Positions 40,422-53,929 of a DNA stretch of 64,000 nt are shown here, piece by piece (the stretch's first letter is position 1; every line of letters begins with the position of its first letter). This DNA comes from Octopus vulgaris (lineage: Eukaryota): assembly GCA_951406725.2 (NCBI GenBank), contig OX597835.1, forward strand, positions 34,286,001 through 34,350,000. Direction: 5' to 3'. The translations under genes and the position numbers were made by a program. The notes beneath the pieces are model-generated. The model searched no databases and was not told where the DNA came from. It saw only the letters and a program-made list of their open reading frames with translations.

Positions 40422-40815
40422 GGCGCAAGCATGGCTGTGTAGTTAAGAAACTTGCTTTGCAACCAACTGGATTCGAGTTCAGTCCAACTGCGAGCTGGTG
40501 ACTTCTACTATTGCCATGGGGCGACCAATGCTTTGCAACGGAATTTGGCTGACTGTAACTGTATGGAAGCCCATCATAAATTCGTGTGTGTGTGTGAGTA
40601 TGTTCGCCAGCCCCAACGCACCGCTTGACAGCCGGTTTTGGCCTTTTTTTACGCTCCGTATAATAGCGGTTCGTCAAAAGAAACTGATAGAATAACCACG
40701 AGATTAAAGAAAGGAAAAAACAACAACATAAACACTGTGGTCGATTTGTTCGGCTAAAATTCTTTAAAGGCGGTGCCCCAGCATGGCCGTAGGTCGGTAA
40801 TTGAAACAAATAAAA
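40422..40815 (+). mobile_element. SINE family A, diverged full-length copy
   Basis: GGCGCAAGCATGGCTGTGTAG head, GAGTTCAGTCC B-box, and 3' CAGCATGGCCG. Confidence 0.8.
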
Positions 40816-41041
40816 TATAAAGACACAAACCATATGCACATCTCTCAGATGTTTACAGACACATGCAGATACACATACATATACATGCACAAAGCGCACA
40901 CAGACGCGCGCGCGCACACACTCACAAACACACACACACACCAGACTTCAATCAGTGAATCCGATACATCTTCATTAGTTATTATTATTATTATTATTAT
41001 TTTTTCTTCTCATCATCATCATTATTATTATTATTATTATT

Positions 41042-41475
41042 GGCGAGCTGGCAGAAACGTTAAGCACGCCGGGCGAAATGCTTAGCGGTATTTCGTCTGC
41101 CGTTACGTTCTGAGTTCAAATTCCGCCGAGGTCGACTTTGCCATTCATCCCTTCGGGGTCGATAAATATAGTACCAGTTACGCACTGGGGTCGATGTAAT
41201 CGACTTAATCCGTTTGTCTGTCCTTGTTTGTCCCCTCTGTGTTTAGCCCGTTGTGGGTAGTAAATAAATAGGTATTTCGTCTGCCGTTACGCTCTGAGTT
41301 CAAATTCCGCCGAGGTCGACTTTGCCTTTCATCCTTTCGGGGTCGATAAATAAAGTACCAGTTACACACTGGGGTCGATGTGATCAACTTAATACGTATA
41401 TCTGTCCTTGTTTGTCCTCTCTATGTTTAGCCCCTTGTGGGTAATAACGAAACAAATTATTATTATTATTATTAT

Positions 41476-41543
<68 letters not shown>

Positions 41544-41745
41544 AGGTGGCGAGTTGACAGAATCATTAAGCAAGCCGGGCGAAATGCTTAGAAGTATTTC
41601 AGCCGTCGCTACGTTCTGAGTTCAAATTCCGCCGAGGTCGACTTCGCCTTTCATCTTTCGAGGTCGATAAATCAGTACCAGTTACGCATTGAGGTCGATG
41701 TAATCGACTTAATCTACTCCCCCCAAGCTACAATTGTGGAAAAAA
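41042..41745 (+). mobile_element. SINE family B dimer (41042-41430) and monomer (41544-41745) among (TAT)/(TAG)/(TAC) repeats
   Basis: SINE B head and central domain. The second unit of the dimer starts at GGTATTTCGTCTGCC. Confidence 0.9.
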
Positions 41746-41765
41746 AAATTTGAAATCATCATTAT

Positions 41766-41828
<63 letters not shown>

Positions 41829-41839
41829 TACTACTACTT

Positions 41840-41873
<34 letters not shown>

Positions 41874-41878
<5 letters not shown>

Positions 41879-42275
41879 TTTTACTCACTTTTACTTGTTT
41901 CAGTCATTTGACTGCGGCCATGCTGAAGCACCGCCTTTAATCGAGCAACTCGACCCCGGGACTTATTCTTTTTGTAAGCCCAGTACTTATTCTATCGGTC
42001 TCTTTTGCCGAACCGCTAAGTGACGGGGACATAAACACACCAGCATAGGTTGTCAAGCAATGCTAGGGGGACAAACACAAACATACACGCACACACACAT
42101 ATACATATATATAAACATATATACGACGGGCTTCTTTCAGTTTCCGTCTACCAAATCCACTCACAAGGCTTTGGTCGGCCCGAGGCTATAGTAGAAGACA
42201 CTTGCCCAAGGTGCCACGCAGTGGGACTGAACCCAGAACCATGTGGCTGGTAAGCAAGCTACTTACCACACAGCC
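41874..42275 (-). mobile_element. SINE family A, young full-length copy
   Basis: Near-identical to 43018-43414 and 45743-46143. Confidence 0.92.
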
Positions 42276-42304
42276 AATCCTAAACCTTTTATTATTATTA
42301 TTAT

Positions 42305-42476
42305 TATTTATGGGTTTTTCTTCTTCTTTCAAATTTGCTTCCATTTCTTGCCGAGTGTCTTCCCGACTCCTAGGGCAAAGAAACTCATAGTATACATTGG
42401 TAGGCCATTAAACTATACTCACTAGTTCGTTCATTTTTTTTTGATAGAAATAAAGTTAAATCAAAATACATGGGTA
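42305..42476 (-). mobile_element. Possible 3' end of an R4/Dong-like LINE inserted in (TAA)n
   Basis: Short unique segment with (TAT)n on both sides. The minus strand reads CCCTAGGAGTCGGGAAGACACTCGG...AAAAACCCA(TAA)n. No protein evidence. Confidence 0.35.
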
Positions 42477-42521
<45 letters not shown>

Positions 42522-42577
42522 CCACTGTAAATCAATTTTCCGGTCCTCAAACGGATTTCTCCCCCCATCCCCCCACC

Positions 42578-42616
<39 letters not shown>

Positions 42617-43017
42617 ATCGTTTCTACCTTCATTTTTTTCCCTTTCTTTGCACTTCCACCCTTTTCACCTTGGCACCCCTATTTCACCCTGCCAATCATT
42701 CATATCAAATTCGTTAAGAAAACTTACAAAGTCACCGTAGCTTTATATCTGATCTTTGCTAAGATTAATCTAATCCAAACTTTGGGTGGGATAAAAATGT
42801 TTATTAACATGATATTTTAATTAAATAGGATCTATATCTATCTCAAAATAGATACGGAAAGAGGTGGGGTATTAAATAAAAAAAAAATATTACATATAAA
42901 CATTTTTTTTTTTTATTTTATAAAAATGTGAAGAAAATTTTTTTAAAATACTAAAAACAATTATCAAAGATATTGTAAAAATTTATCTTAAACTTAAATT
43001 GAATCTAAATTACTGTT

Positions 43018-43414
43018 TACTCTCTTTTACTCTTTTACTTGTTTCAGTCATTTGACTGCGGTCATGCTGGAGTACCGCCTTTAGTCAAGCAACTCGACCC
43101 CGGGACTTATTCTTTGTAAGCCCAGTACTTATTCTATCGGTCTCTTTTGCCGAACCGCTAATTGACGGGGACATAAACACACCAGCATCGGTTGTCAAGC
43201 AATGCTAAGGGGACAAACACGCACACACATATATATATATATATACATATATACGACGGGCTTCTTTCAGTTTCCGTCTACCAAATCCACTCACAAGACA
43301 TTGGTCGGCCCGAAGCTATAGTAGAAGACACTTGCCCAAGGTGCCACGCAGTGGGACTGAACCCGGAACCATGTGGTTGGCAGGCAAGCTACTTACCACA
43401 CAGCCACTCCTGCG
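43018..43414 (-). mobile_element. SINE family A, young full-length copy
   Basis: Complete head, CORE-like domain and tail. Confidence 0.92.
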
Positions 43415-44166
43415 TTTAAAATAATATTTTTTAATTAAAATATAGTTGTAATAAGATAAGGCGAAATAAAATAGAAGAAAACTAAGGCAAATATCCGTTA
43501 TAAGAAACAGTAGCAGTAATAGCTTAAAATAGATATTTGTGTATCATATCAGAATAGGATACATTACGAAGAGGCAAATTAACAATAGTATTCATCTGGA
43601 GATAATATTTCTTATGGACGTACCGTGTTAAAAACGCAAATGGATCAGTAACAGACGAAAATCGTCGAACGACGGCGCTGCGATTGCTAAATGCGCATTT
43701 TTGCTTCTTTGGACTTTCAAAGTCTTTTCACAATGTACCTGCATTAAATATGATACATACATGTCTATTTTAATCCACTACAGCTTCTAATACATATTCT
43801 TTTATTCTTTGACTTCTTACGGTCCTTTCACTGCGGCCATGCTGGAGTACCACCTTCAGTCGAACAAGTCGACCCCAAGACTTATTCGTTTAAGTCTAGT
43901 ACTTATTCTATCGAGCTTTTTGCTGAACCACTAAGTTACGGGGACGTAAACACACTAACATCGGTTGCCCAGCGATGGTTGGGTGACAAACACAAATACA
44001 TAATCTACTACATATGTGGGAAATTCTGTGTGTTTGTGGAATTCTTAGCTAACTCCTCCTACATCGTTTTATCGATTTTGATGAAACTTGACACGTGACT
44101 AGAACTCATGTCTGGAAACCTCAGATTGTTGAAAAATTCGATAATATAGACCCTAGAAGGGATCCT

Positions 44167-44197
<31 letters not shown>

Positions 44198-44327
44198 TAT
44201 ATAAAATTAAATTAAGGGTAAAAATTGATATTTATCAATTAGAACCAGTGGTCTAGCATATTAAAGAAAGAATCCGAAGATTAAAATATTTATATATACC
44301 AATTGGTATATATAGTCCTTAATTGGT

Positions 44328-45077
<750 letters not shown>

Positions 45078-45742
45078 TGCCACTTCGATATGGTCGCTCA
45101 CTTTCACAGAAATATTACCCTAATTATCCCTCATTATCCTTGAATAAGGGAAAATCAGAAAGGTGATCATAACGCTTTTAACCATTCATCTGCTTGATCA
45201 GAACTGATCGATAACTGAAGTATAACAATTAGAAGTCACTCGGTACATAAGTAGAAAATTCACTTTTTCTCTCAAGCTCCCTTTCTCTCTATTTCTTCCT
45301 TTGTCTTTCTCTTTCTTTTACTTTCTTTCACTTTCACTTCTTCCCTATCTCTTTCACTCTCTTTCCCTTTCTCTTCCCCCTTCTCTCTCTGTCTCTCTGT
45401 CCCTCTTTCTCTACTCCCACTACCCATCACCCCTCTTTCAATCTCTCCTCAATAACGCCCACAACATTCTTAACCCATCAACCCTCTGAAAGCTGTTGAC
45501 CTCTTACCTTTAAATCCACCCTTTATCCACCCATCATCCTATCATCCAATTGTACCTTCAACTGATCTCTGCCTACTCAAGCCCATATGTATGTATGTAT
45601 TTATCTATGTATGTATGTATGTATGTATGTATGTATGTATGTATGTATGTATGTATACGTGTCTGTATGTCTGTATGTATGTATCTATGCATGTACGTAT
45701 GTATATATGTATGTACGTATGTACGTATGTATTTATATATAT

Positions 45743-46342
45743 ATCTCTTTTACTCTTTTACTCTTTTACTTGTTTCAGTCATTTGACTGCGGCCATGCTG
45801 GAGCACCGCCTTTAATCGAGCAACTCGACCCCGAGACTTATTCGTTTGTAAGCCCAATACTTATTTTATCGGTCTCTTTTGCCGAACCGCTAAGCAACGA
45901 GGACATAAACACACCACCATCGGTTGTCAAGCAATGCTAGGGGGACAAACACACACACACGCATATATATATATATACATATATACGACAGGCTTCTTTC
46001 AGTTTCCGTCTACCAAATCCACTCACAAGGCTTTGGTCGGCCCGAGGCTATAGTAGAAGATTGTTGCCCAAGGTGTCACGCAGTGGGACTGAACCCGGTA
46101 CCATGTGGTTGGTAAACAAGCTATTTACCACACAGCCACTCCTATGTTTGTATTTATATATGTTTGTATGTATGTATGTATGTATGTATACGTCAGGCTT
46201 CTTTCAGTTTCCGTCTTCCGAATTCACTCACAAGGCATTAGTCAGTTATTGTAGAAGACACTTACCCAAGGTACCGCGGAGTGGGATTGAAACAGAAATC
46301 ACGTGATTGTCCCGCGAGCTTCTTAATCACACAACCAAGCGT
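45743..46342 (-). mobile_element. SINE family A full copy (45743-46143) plus an older 5' half
   Basis: Collinear with other copies. Confidence 0.88.
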
Positions 46343-46466
46343 GTGTCTATATATGGAACTTCCGTTCGACGGCACTTACCCAAGCCAGCTGTTTGCTAGT
46401 TTCACTTCCCACCCTTCCGCGCTTGACCTCAAAGAATCGTTTCTTCGTAGAGCTACTGAAACTTGT

Positions 46467-46890
46467 AGGTGAGCAAACAGAAACGTTAGCACGCCGAGCG
46501 AAATGCTTAGCGGTATTTCGTCTGCCGCTACGTTCCGAGTGCAAATTCCGCCGAGGTCGATTTTGCCTTTCATCCTTTTGGGGTCGATTAAATAAGTACC
46601 AGTTACGCACCAGGGTCGATATAATCGACTTGATCCGTTTGTCTGTCTTTGTCTTCTCTGTGTCTTCTCTTTGTCTTCTACCCCTTTAGGGTAGTAAAGA
46701 AATAGATATTCGGTCTGCCGCTTCGTTCTGAGTTCAAATTCCGCCGAGGTCGACTTTGCCTTTCATCCTTTCGGAGTCGATTAAATAAGTACCAGTTACG
46801 CACTGGGGTTGATATAATCGACTTAATCCCTTTGTCTATCCTTGTTTGTCCCTTCTATGATTAGTCCCTTGTGAGCAATAAAGAAATATC
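46467..46890 (+). mobile_element. SINE family B dimer bounded by one 14-bp TSD
   Basis: ACTGAAACTTGTAG at 46455-46468 and 46893-46906. Confidence 0.9.
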
Positions 46891-47059
46891 CAACTGAAAC
46901 TTGTAGTTATGCTTTCATTTGATCAAAGAGAGACTGTCTCCCCTTATGAAAGCTGGACACCCAGGTTTGCCATTCCATTATTTTTAAATTCTTTTATTCT
47001 TTTATGCGTTTCAGCCATGCGGCGACTGTGGTCATGAAATATGAAAGAAATTCTTGTAT

Positions 47060-47465
47060 ACAGTACTTAGGTGCACTACAACTGAGAAAAAAAAAGCTAT
47101 CAGGTATGATACTTTAGGCGGATTTCAGGAAGCATGAAAGTTTTGAAGGATGTAGTTTGTCGACAGCTATCGAATGATGCGAATGGTTTATTCCATGCTT
47201 CAACAATTCTGAGCATGAAAAAAATGTTTCCGAAAGTCATGGATGCTGTGTTGTTATTTTGATTCTGCGAGAATATCCTCGAGTGTTTGTCATGTGGAAT
47301 TCAAAAAGGTACCCAAAGATTTTCTTGGGAAGATGGCGGATAATCTTGTAGGTATTTATCAAGTCAGTTGCCAGACGTCTGAGCTTCAATGTATCCATGC
47401 CCAGGGAAGAAAGACGTTCAGAGTATGTTAGATGTCTGATAGAACGGGATCAAGGGGGAACACGA
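47060..47465 (-). pseudogene. CR1-like LINE ORF2 C-terminal fragment
   Basis: The minus strand reads LTYSERLSSLGMDTLKLRRLATDLINTYKII and FRKHFF..RIVEAWNK, typical of the CR1 C-terminus. Confidence 0.8.
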
Positions 47466-47477
47466 TCTTGAAAAACA

Positions 47478-47961
47478 TATGTGTGCGTGTGTGTGTATGT
47501 GTGCATGTGTGCGTGTGTGTGTATGTGTGCGTGTGAGAGCGTGTCTGTGTGTGTGTGTCTGTCTGTGTGTCTGTGTGTGCGCATATTTGTGTGCGTGTGT
47601 GTGTGTATGTGTGCATGTGTGCGTGTGAGAGTGTGTCTGTGTGTGCGCATATTTGTGTGCGTGTGTGTGTATGTGTGCATGTGTGCGTGTGAGAGTGTGC
47701 ATGTCTGCGTCTGTGTGCGCATATTTGTGTGGGTGTTTATGTATGTATGCATGTGTGCGTGTGAGAGTGTGTATGTATGTGTGTATGTGTGCGTGTGAGA
47801 GTGTGTATGCGTGTGCATGTGTTTATCTCTGTATGTGCGCATATTTATGTGCGTGTGTGCGTGTGAGAGTGAGTATGTGTGTGTATGTGTGTGTGTGCGT
47901 GCGTGTGTGTGTGTGTATGTGCGTGTGAGAGTGAGTATGTGTGTGTATGTGTGTGTGTGTG

Positions 47962-48056
<95 letters not shown>

Positions 48057-48070
48057 GTACGTGTGTGTGT
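47478..48070. repeat. TG-derived minisatellite (higher-order unit about 55-60 bp) grading into pure (TG)n
   Basis: Recurrent GTGTGCGCATATTTGTGTG...GTGCATGTGTGCGTGTGAGAG. Confidence 0.85.
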
Positions 48071-48084
48071 TCTCTTCTGTTTTT

Positions 48085-48470
48085 AATTATTTCAAATTCC
48101 CATGTAAGGGAGGGATTGGTTTCTATCAAAGACAAAAGCTCCATCGTTGAAATGTAGTTGACAAAAACAAATACCAATTTTGAAAATTGAGATTGTATTT
48201 GTAAAAGATTGTATTTGTAACGTGCGTGTTAACTGGTTGAGCTCTTTCTGAAAACGCTAGCTTATCCAGATTGTCTTTTAGGCATTTACTCACAAAACTA
48301 AGCGCCCCAGTTATTGGCATAAATGTGAATTCGTAATCTGAGTATAGAAGTTGGAAGTTTCGAAGCAAATGACCCAAGTTATCGTCTTTCTTTTCGATTT
48401 TCGAAGTGATATTCCCATCAGGGGGGGGGGGGGCAGTTGACCTCTACCACACGTTGCATACGTTTCTTTC
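48085..48470 (-). pseudogene. R4/NeSL-type LINE, restriction-like endonuclease C-terminal fragment
   Basis: The minus strand reads VEVNCP..DGNITSKIEKK..LLRNFQLLY..FTFMPITGALSFV, resembling the E-x-x-x-P..K..PI(I)GALG tail of REL domains. Confidence 0.6.
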
Positions 48471-48504
48471 TATGTCTGATGTATGTATATATATATACTT
48501 ACAC

Positions 48505-48587
<83 letters not shown>

Positions 48588-49328
48588 TGTAAAGACACAT
48601 CTTTTTGCTTATCGATACGATGGATATACACACATATGCACGCATACATACGTACATACATACATACATACATGCATGCATGCATACATACATAAATACA
48701 TGCATACATACATACATGCATACATACATACTTACATACATACATACATACACACATGCATGCATACATACTTAGGTATACAATCATTCACACACGTATT
48801 CAACCGCACCCATACGAGTATATACACACATATACACATGCATATATATACTTACGTATACGTATGTCAAAAGACGTACACTCACACAAGATAAAGAGAT
48901 GATTGCTGCCAGATGTTTTTCTGTTAAAGTTCTGTAATTTAATTTATTTTCCTAGTAATTCTAACCTTTATATGACTACATATACACATGAATGCATGTG
49001 TATATAACACGTACGTCCATATATACATAGATTTTATATATACATACGTATATGCATATGTGTCTGTACGTATGCATATGTATATGTGTGTGTGTGTGTG
49101 TGTGTATAGTATATATATATATATATAAGGAGAGAGAGAGAGAGAGAGCGAGAGAAAGATAGAGGAGAGATGCACATATGCATATATATGTATGTTTGTG
49201 TGTGTGTGTGTATATATACACACACACACACACACGCGCGCACACATAAGCACAGGCACATAGATATTAGCATTTTTATCATTCATACACATATATGCAT
49301 GCTTATATACATTTTTGTATTTCTACAC

Positions 49329-49398
<70 letters not shown>

Positions 49399-49433
49399 GT
49401 ATACATACATACATGCATACATACATACATACA

Positions 49434-49469
<36 letters not shown>

Positions 49470-49476
49470 TATATAA

Positions 49477-49697
49477 GGCGGCGAGCTGGCAGAAACGTTA
49501 GCGCGCCGGGCGAAATGCTCAGCGGTATTTCGTCTGTCGCTACGTTCTGAGTTCAAATTCCGCCGAGGTTGACTTTGCCTTTCATCCTTTCGGGGTCGAT
49601 AAATAAAGTACCAGTTTCGCACTGGGGTCGATATAATCGACTTAATCCCTTTGTCCGTCCTCTCCATGTTTAGCCCCTTGTGGGTAGTAAAGAAATA
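49477..49697 (+). mobile_element. SINE family B, full monomer in (TA)n
   Basis: Complete head through GTAAAGAAATA tail. Confidence 0.92.
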
Positions 49698-50570
49698 TAT
49701 ATATATATTTATATATATATATATATACATACATACATACATACATACATACATACATACATAAATACATAAATACATACATTCTTACATGCATGCATAC
49801 ACACGTATACACACACACATACTCACTCATACACACACGTATGTCAACTTGCTTTTATATACGCATACATATGGTGTCAAATCATCTGGGCGTATTAAAT
49901 TCTAGTTTTTGCTTTTGTGCATCAGAACAGCGTCAGGCTTACCTCGTATTTTCTTTGTTAAACGAATAATAAAATGAAGAGGTCATTTAAAAGAATTGAA
50001 ATATGTTGAAACTGTATCATGAGGTTATAATTAATTTTTTTGAAAAAGTGTCACTGAAAACTTAGGCTTTAATTTGTTGACAACGCATGACTGCGTATAA
50101 TGAATGTACAGTTCCTACCCAATCCTTTTCTCTGGTTATTCCTGAATTCCTACAGACAAGAATAAAGGGTAGAAACTTCGTAGAAATTACAAGAAAAATT
50201 CTTTTTCAATTCCGCAATTTATAATAAACTTCACATCTGCTTTGTACAGATTTCTGATGTCGTCTGTCATAATGCTTGCAGCCAATTTCGACAGTCATAC
50301 AATAACGTTCGAGATCATGTGATAGTGTTCCTAGTCATGTGATAATATGCCTATCTATGTGAAAATGTTCCCTGCCAACTTTTCCAAGCATGTAATAATG
50401 TTCACAGCGATGTAATATTATTCGCAAACATGCGACAATACTCATAGCCATTTTGCCAACCCCGGGTCAGTGTTCATAGGCAATTTTGCTATCTCTCTCT
50501 CTATATATATATGTGTGTGTGTGTGTGTCTGTGTGCATGTGTGTGTGTGTGTGTATGTGCGTGCGTGTGT

Positions 50571-51871
50571 GGGATGTCTTGCAAACAACTTGCACATGCA
50601 AGTGCCACCAGGGGTCATCAGAAGAGAATGCGTGCCGTTTCGAAGCCTACCTCTCGACGGCATCAATGCGCACCGGCCCCCACTCACTGACACGAGGCCC
50701 CACTTGCTATATCAACTGGTTATTGAATATAGCTCAATATTCCTCTAGCCATCTCTCATCGTCTTTTTTTAACCAAATCCATGGCTAGCCTATTCCACTG
50801 TAGTTTGGATATTTGTCATGATGGTATATACTTTATGATTAGTTAGGCCTAACGATAACAACAGTCGTCTCACACTATGTCCAACAAACCCTCTACATTC
50901 GACTTCGATTGGAAAATGCTCCGCTTTCCAGCCTGCGTGTTCACATTCCTCGAGGAGGTTTACATAACGGTCAATCTTTCGAACCCGAGCATCAACCATG
51001 TTATCTTCATGAGGAACCGTTAACTCGACAAGATTCACAACTTTCTTTCCTGTACACCACACTAAAATGTCCATTTCTCCCCTAACTGGGATGGGAAAGA
51101 GTCCCTGGCACCCTGGTAAATCTGCAGTCACCTCTCAATAGCCGTTCCACTTTACATCGTTCACAGGAAGTTTGTTGTTCTTCTTCTTGAAACGGATCCG
51201 TTGACCTGAGCGCACAAAGTTAATGAAATCTCAGGTTGTTACTTGCAACGGTTTTTTTTCACTGTTGTTGAGATCAATTTGGTTCTTTATAGCATTGAAG
51301 ATAACCTTAAGGTCCAGTCTGTGTCTCAATGTATACCTGTTCAATGCTAATGAACAGTTGGAAAGAATATATTTCAGTGTTCCGACCTTTCCGCATTTGT
51401 ATATATCATTCTCTGAGACGTTCCATCTTACTAGATTTGAAGATGATGGCAAAACATCATAGGATGAACGAATCAGGAAACCTAGCCGAGATGTCGTCCA
51501 CCTCCATATCTCATCCCAACTTATTTTCATCTCAACAACAAGTTCCTTTCATCTCGTCATCTGTCCTTGTTGAATACATTGGATCAAATGAAGCTCCCTT
51601 CTCTCTGCTTCCCTCGTTTTGACGCAGTTGCTAACAACAGATCTGCGTTCGCTCTGCACCATACTTGCAAACGGTCTGAACTGATCTGCACCAAAATCAA
51701 GTCATTTTCGATGATTTTGCACTCAACTCACCATATCTCGGTGTGTAAGAGAAGACTAGATGTCATCAGTCTCTGCTTCTGCTTTCCACTTCCTGGCTGT
51801 TTTCACCTCTGGTGGATTACGCCTGATTTCCATGTCCTTCGATTCTCTCAGTATTCATTGTGTATTGTTTC
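50571..51871 (-). mobile_element. Hero-clade (R2-like, REL endonuclease) LINE, 5'-truncated and degenerate, with 3' UTR
   Basis: ISWDEIW..RLGFLIRSSYDVLPSSSNLVRW..CGKVGTLKYILSNC..RYTLRH and DILVW..VELTVPHEDN..RKIDRY..FPIEVECRGF. The ORF ends at about 50733 and the 3' end abuts (TG)n. Confidence 0.88.
50610..50682 (-). ncRNA. Non-circularly permuted hammerhead-like RNA motif in the Hero 3' UTR
   Basis: The minus strand reads GTGCG-CATTGA-TGCCG-TC-GAGAGG-TAGGCTTC-GAAA-CGGCA-CGCAT-TCTCTT-CTGATGA-CCCCT. Stems III and I pair correctly around a complete core. Confidence 0.6.
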
Positions 51872-52159
51872 TGAAATGTAGCGTGTCTGGAATGGCACTA
51901 CAATGCAGAGTGGATTATAACAACTGTTATAAATAATTTAATTATTCATAGTCGAATATAATATTTCGGAATATAAAATTTCCTTCTTCAGAGATTGCTA
52001 GGAAGTAATGGAATCACAGTGACTCCATTACTTTCTAACAATCTCTTAAGGAGGAATTTTTATATTCCGAAATATTAGACTATAAATAATTATATTATTC
52101 ATAAAAGTTATTATAGTCCACTCTGCATCGTTCTGCCATTCCAGATACGTTGCATTTCA
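51872..52159. repeat. Imperfect palindrome (arms about 140 bp) with a hammerhead-like motif; probable inverted Penelope pLTR pair
   Basis: The arms mirror each other around about 52017. The minus strand at 51958-51996 reads CTGAAGA-A-GGAA-ATTTTATA-TTCC-GAAA-TATTA. Confidence 0.75.
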
Positions 52160-52303
52160 TTTGTATATAAGAAGCTTGCTTTGTAACCACGTAGTTCCAG
52201 GTACAGCCCCACTGCATGACACCTTGGGCAAGTGTCTTCTACTATATCCCCGGGCTGACCAAAGCCTTGTAAGTGGATTTGATAGAAGGAAAAAGCCCGT
52301 CGC

Positions 52304-52906
<603 letters not shown>

Positions 52907-53574
52907 AGTAATGTTAGTTATTTGACAGAAAATCTTAAAAAAGAAAACAGAAAGGCACGAACCTTTTTAGTAGGAAGCTTTCGTATTGTGTTCAAGCGCT
53001 TTCGCTGTTTAGTCTGACACGAGCTATGGAGTTATCTGTATAGAGGAAGTTGTTTTCGGACAAGCACACGTTACTGTATAACGGATATGATTTTTTAAAT
53101 AATATTGAAATAATATTTTACATATAAACAATGAGGATATTGTAGACAGGTGATAGGTTTCTAATAACAGCAGGTTGTCTAATTAACCAGTGTGTTTTGC
53201 AGGATTAATTAATCATAATTTGTAACACATTTGATTAAGCAATGCCTAATATATATTTAATTAAACAGTGTCTGATGCAAGTTTAATTGCAATCAAGTTA
53301 TGATAGAAATATGATACCAAAATAAATAATTACAATAATCTAATTAAGTACCGTTGTCGGATCATATAAAAAATCCAAGATGTGAATGGAATTATAATAC
53401 ACGGCTGAGACTGAGATATAGGTCAGTAAAAATATAAAACAATTCCATGGGAAATTAAATGGAATAATAAACTGTACTGCGACGTTATTTCCTTTTGTTG
53501 TTTAAGTACAAAATAATATAGTTAACCGACCAGACAATGTCACAGAAGATTAGTGATGCATTGGAGTTTATTTA

Positions 53575-53870
53575 TCTTGTACTTGCTTCAGTCATTGAAC
53601 AGCGTCCTTGAAGGAGCTGGTCGAACAAATTGACCTTTTTTTCTTTTATTCTTTTACTTGGTTCAATCATTTGACTGTAAGCATGCTGGAGAACCGCCTT
53701 GAAGGGTTTTAGTCGTACAAATCGACCCCATGACTTATTTCTTAAGCCTAGTGTTTATTCTAGCTGACTCTTAGCCGAACCGCTAAGTTACGTGGTCGTA
53801 AACACATCCACACCGGTTGCCAAGCGATGATGCGGGGGTGGGGGGAACAAACCCAGACACAAAAACACAC
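53575..53870 (-). mobile_element. SINE family A, 3' portions
   Basis: TTTTACTTGGTTCAATCATTTGACTG...GCCGAACCGCTAAGTTACG. Confidence 0.8.
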
Positions 53871-53929
53871 ATCTATGCTTTTTTTTTCGAAAACCTAGTG
53901 AGGCTCTGGTTGGGGAGTTCTGGAATTGA

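Noticed and set aside
44003-44140. Possible Helitron 5' fragment
   Set aside because: TC start and a typical-looking interior, but no 3' hairpin/CTAG end was found.
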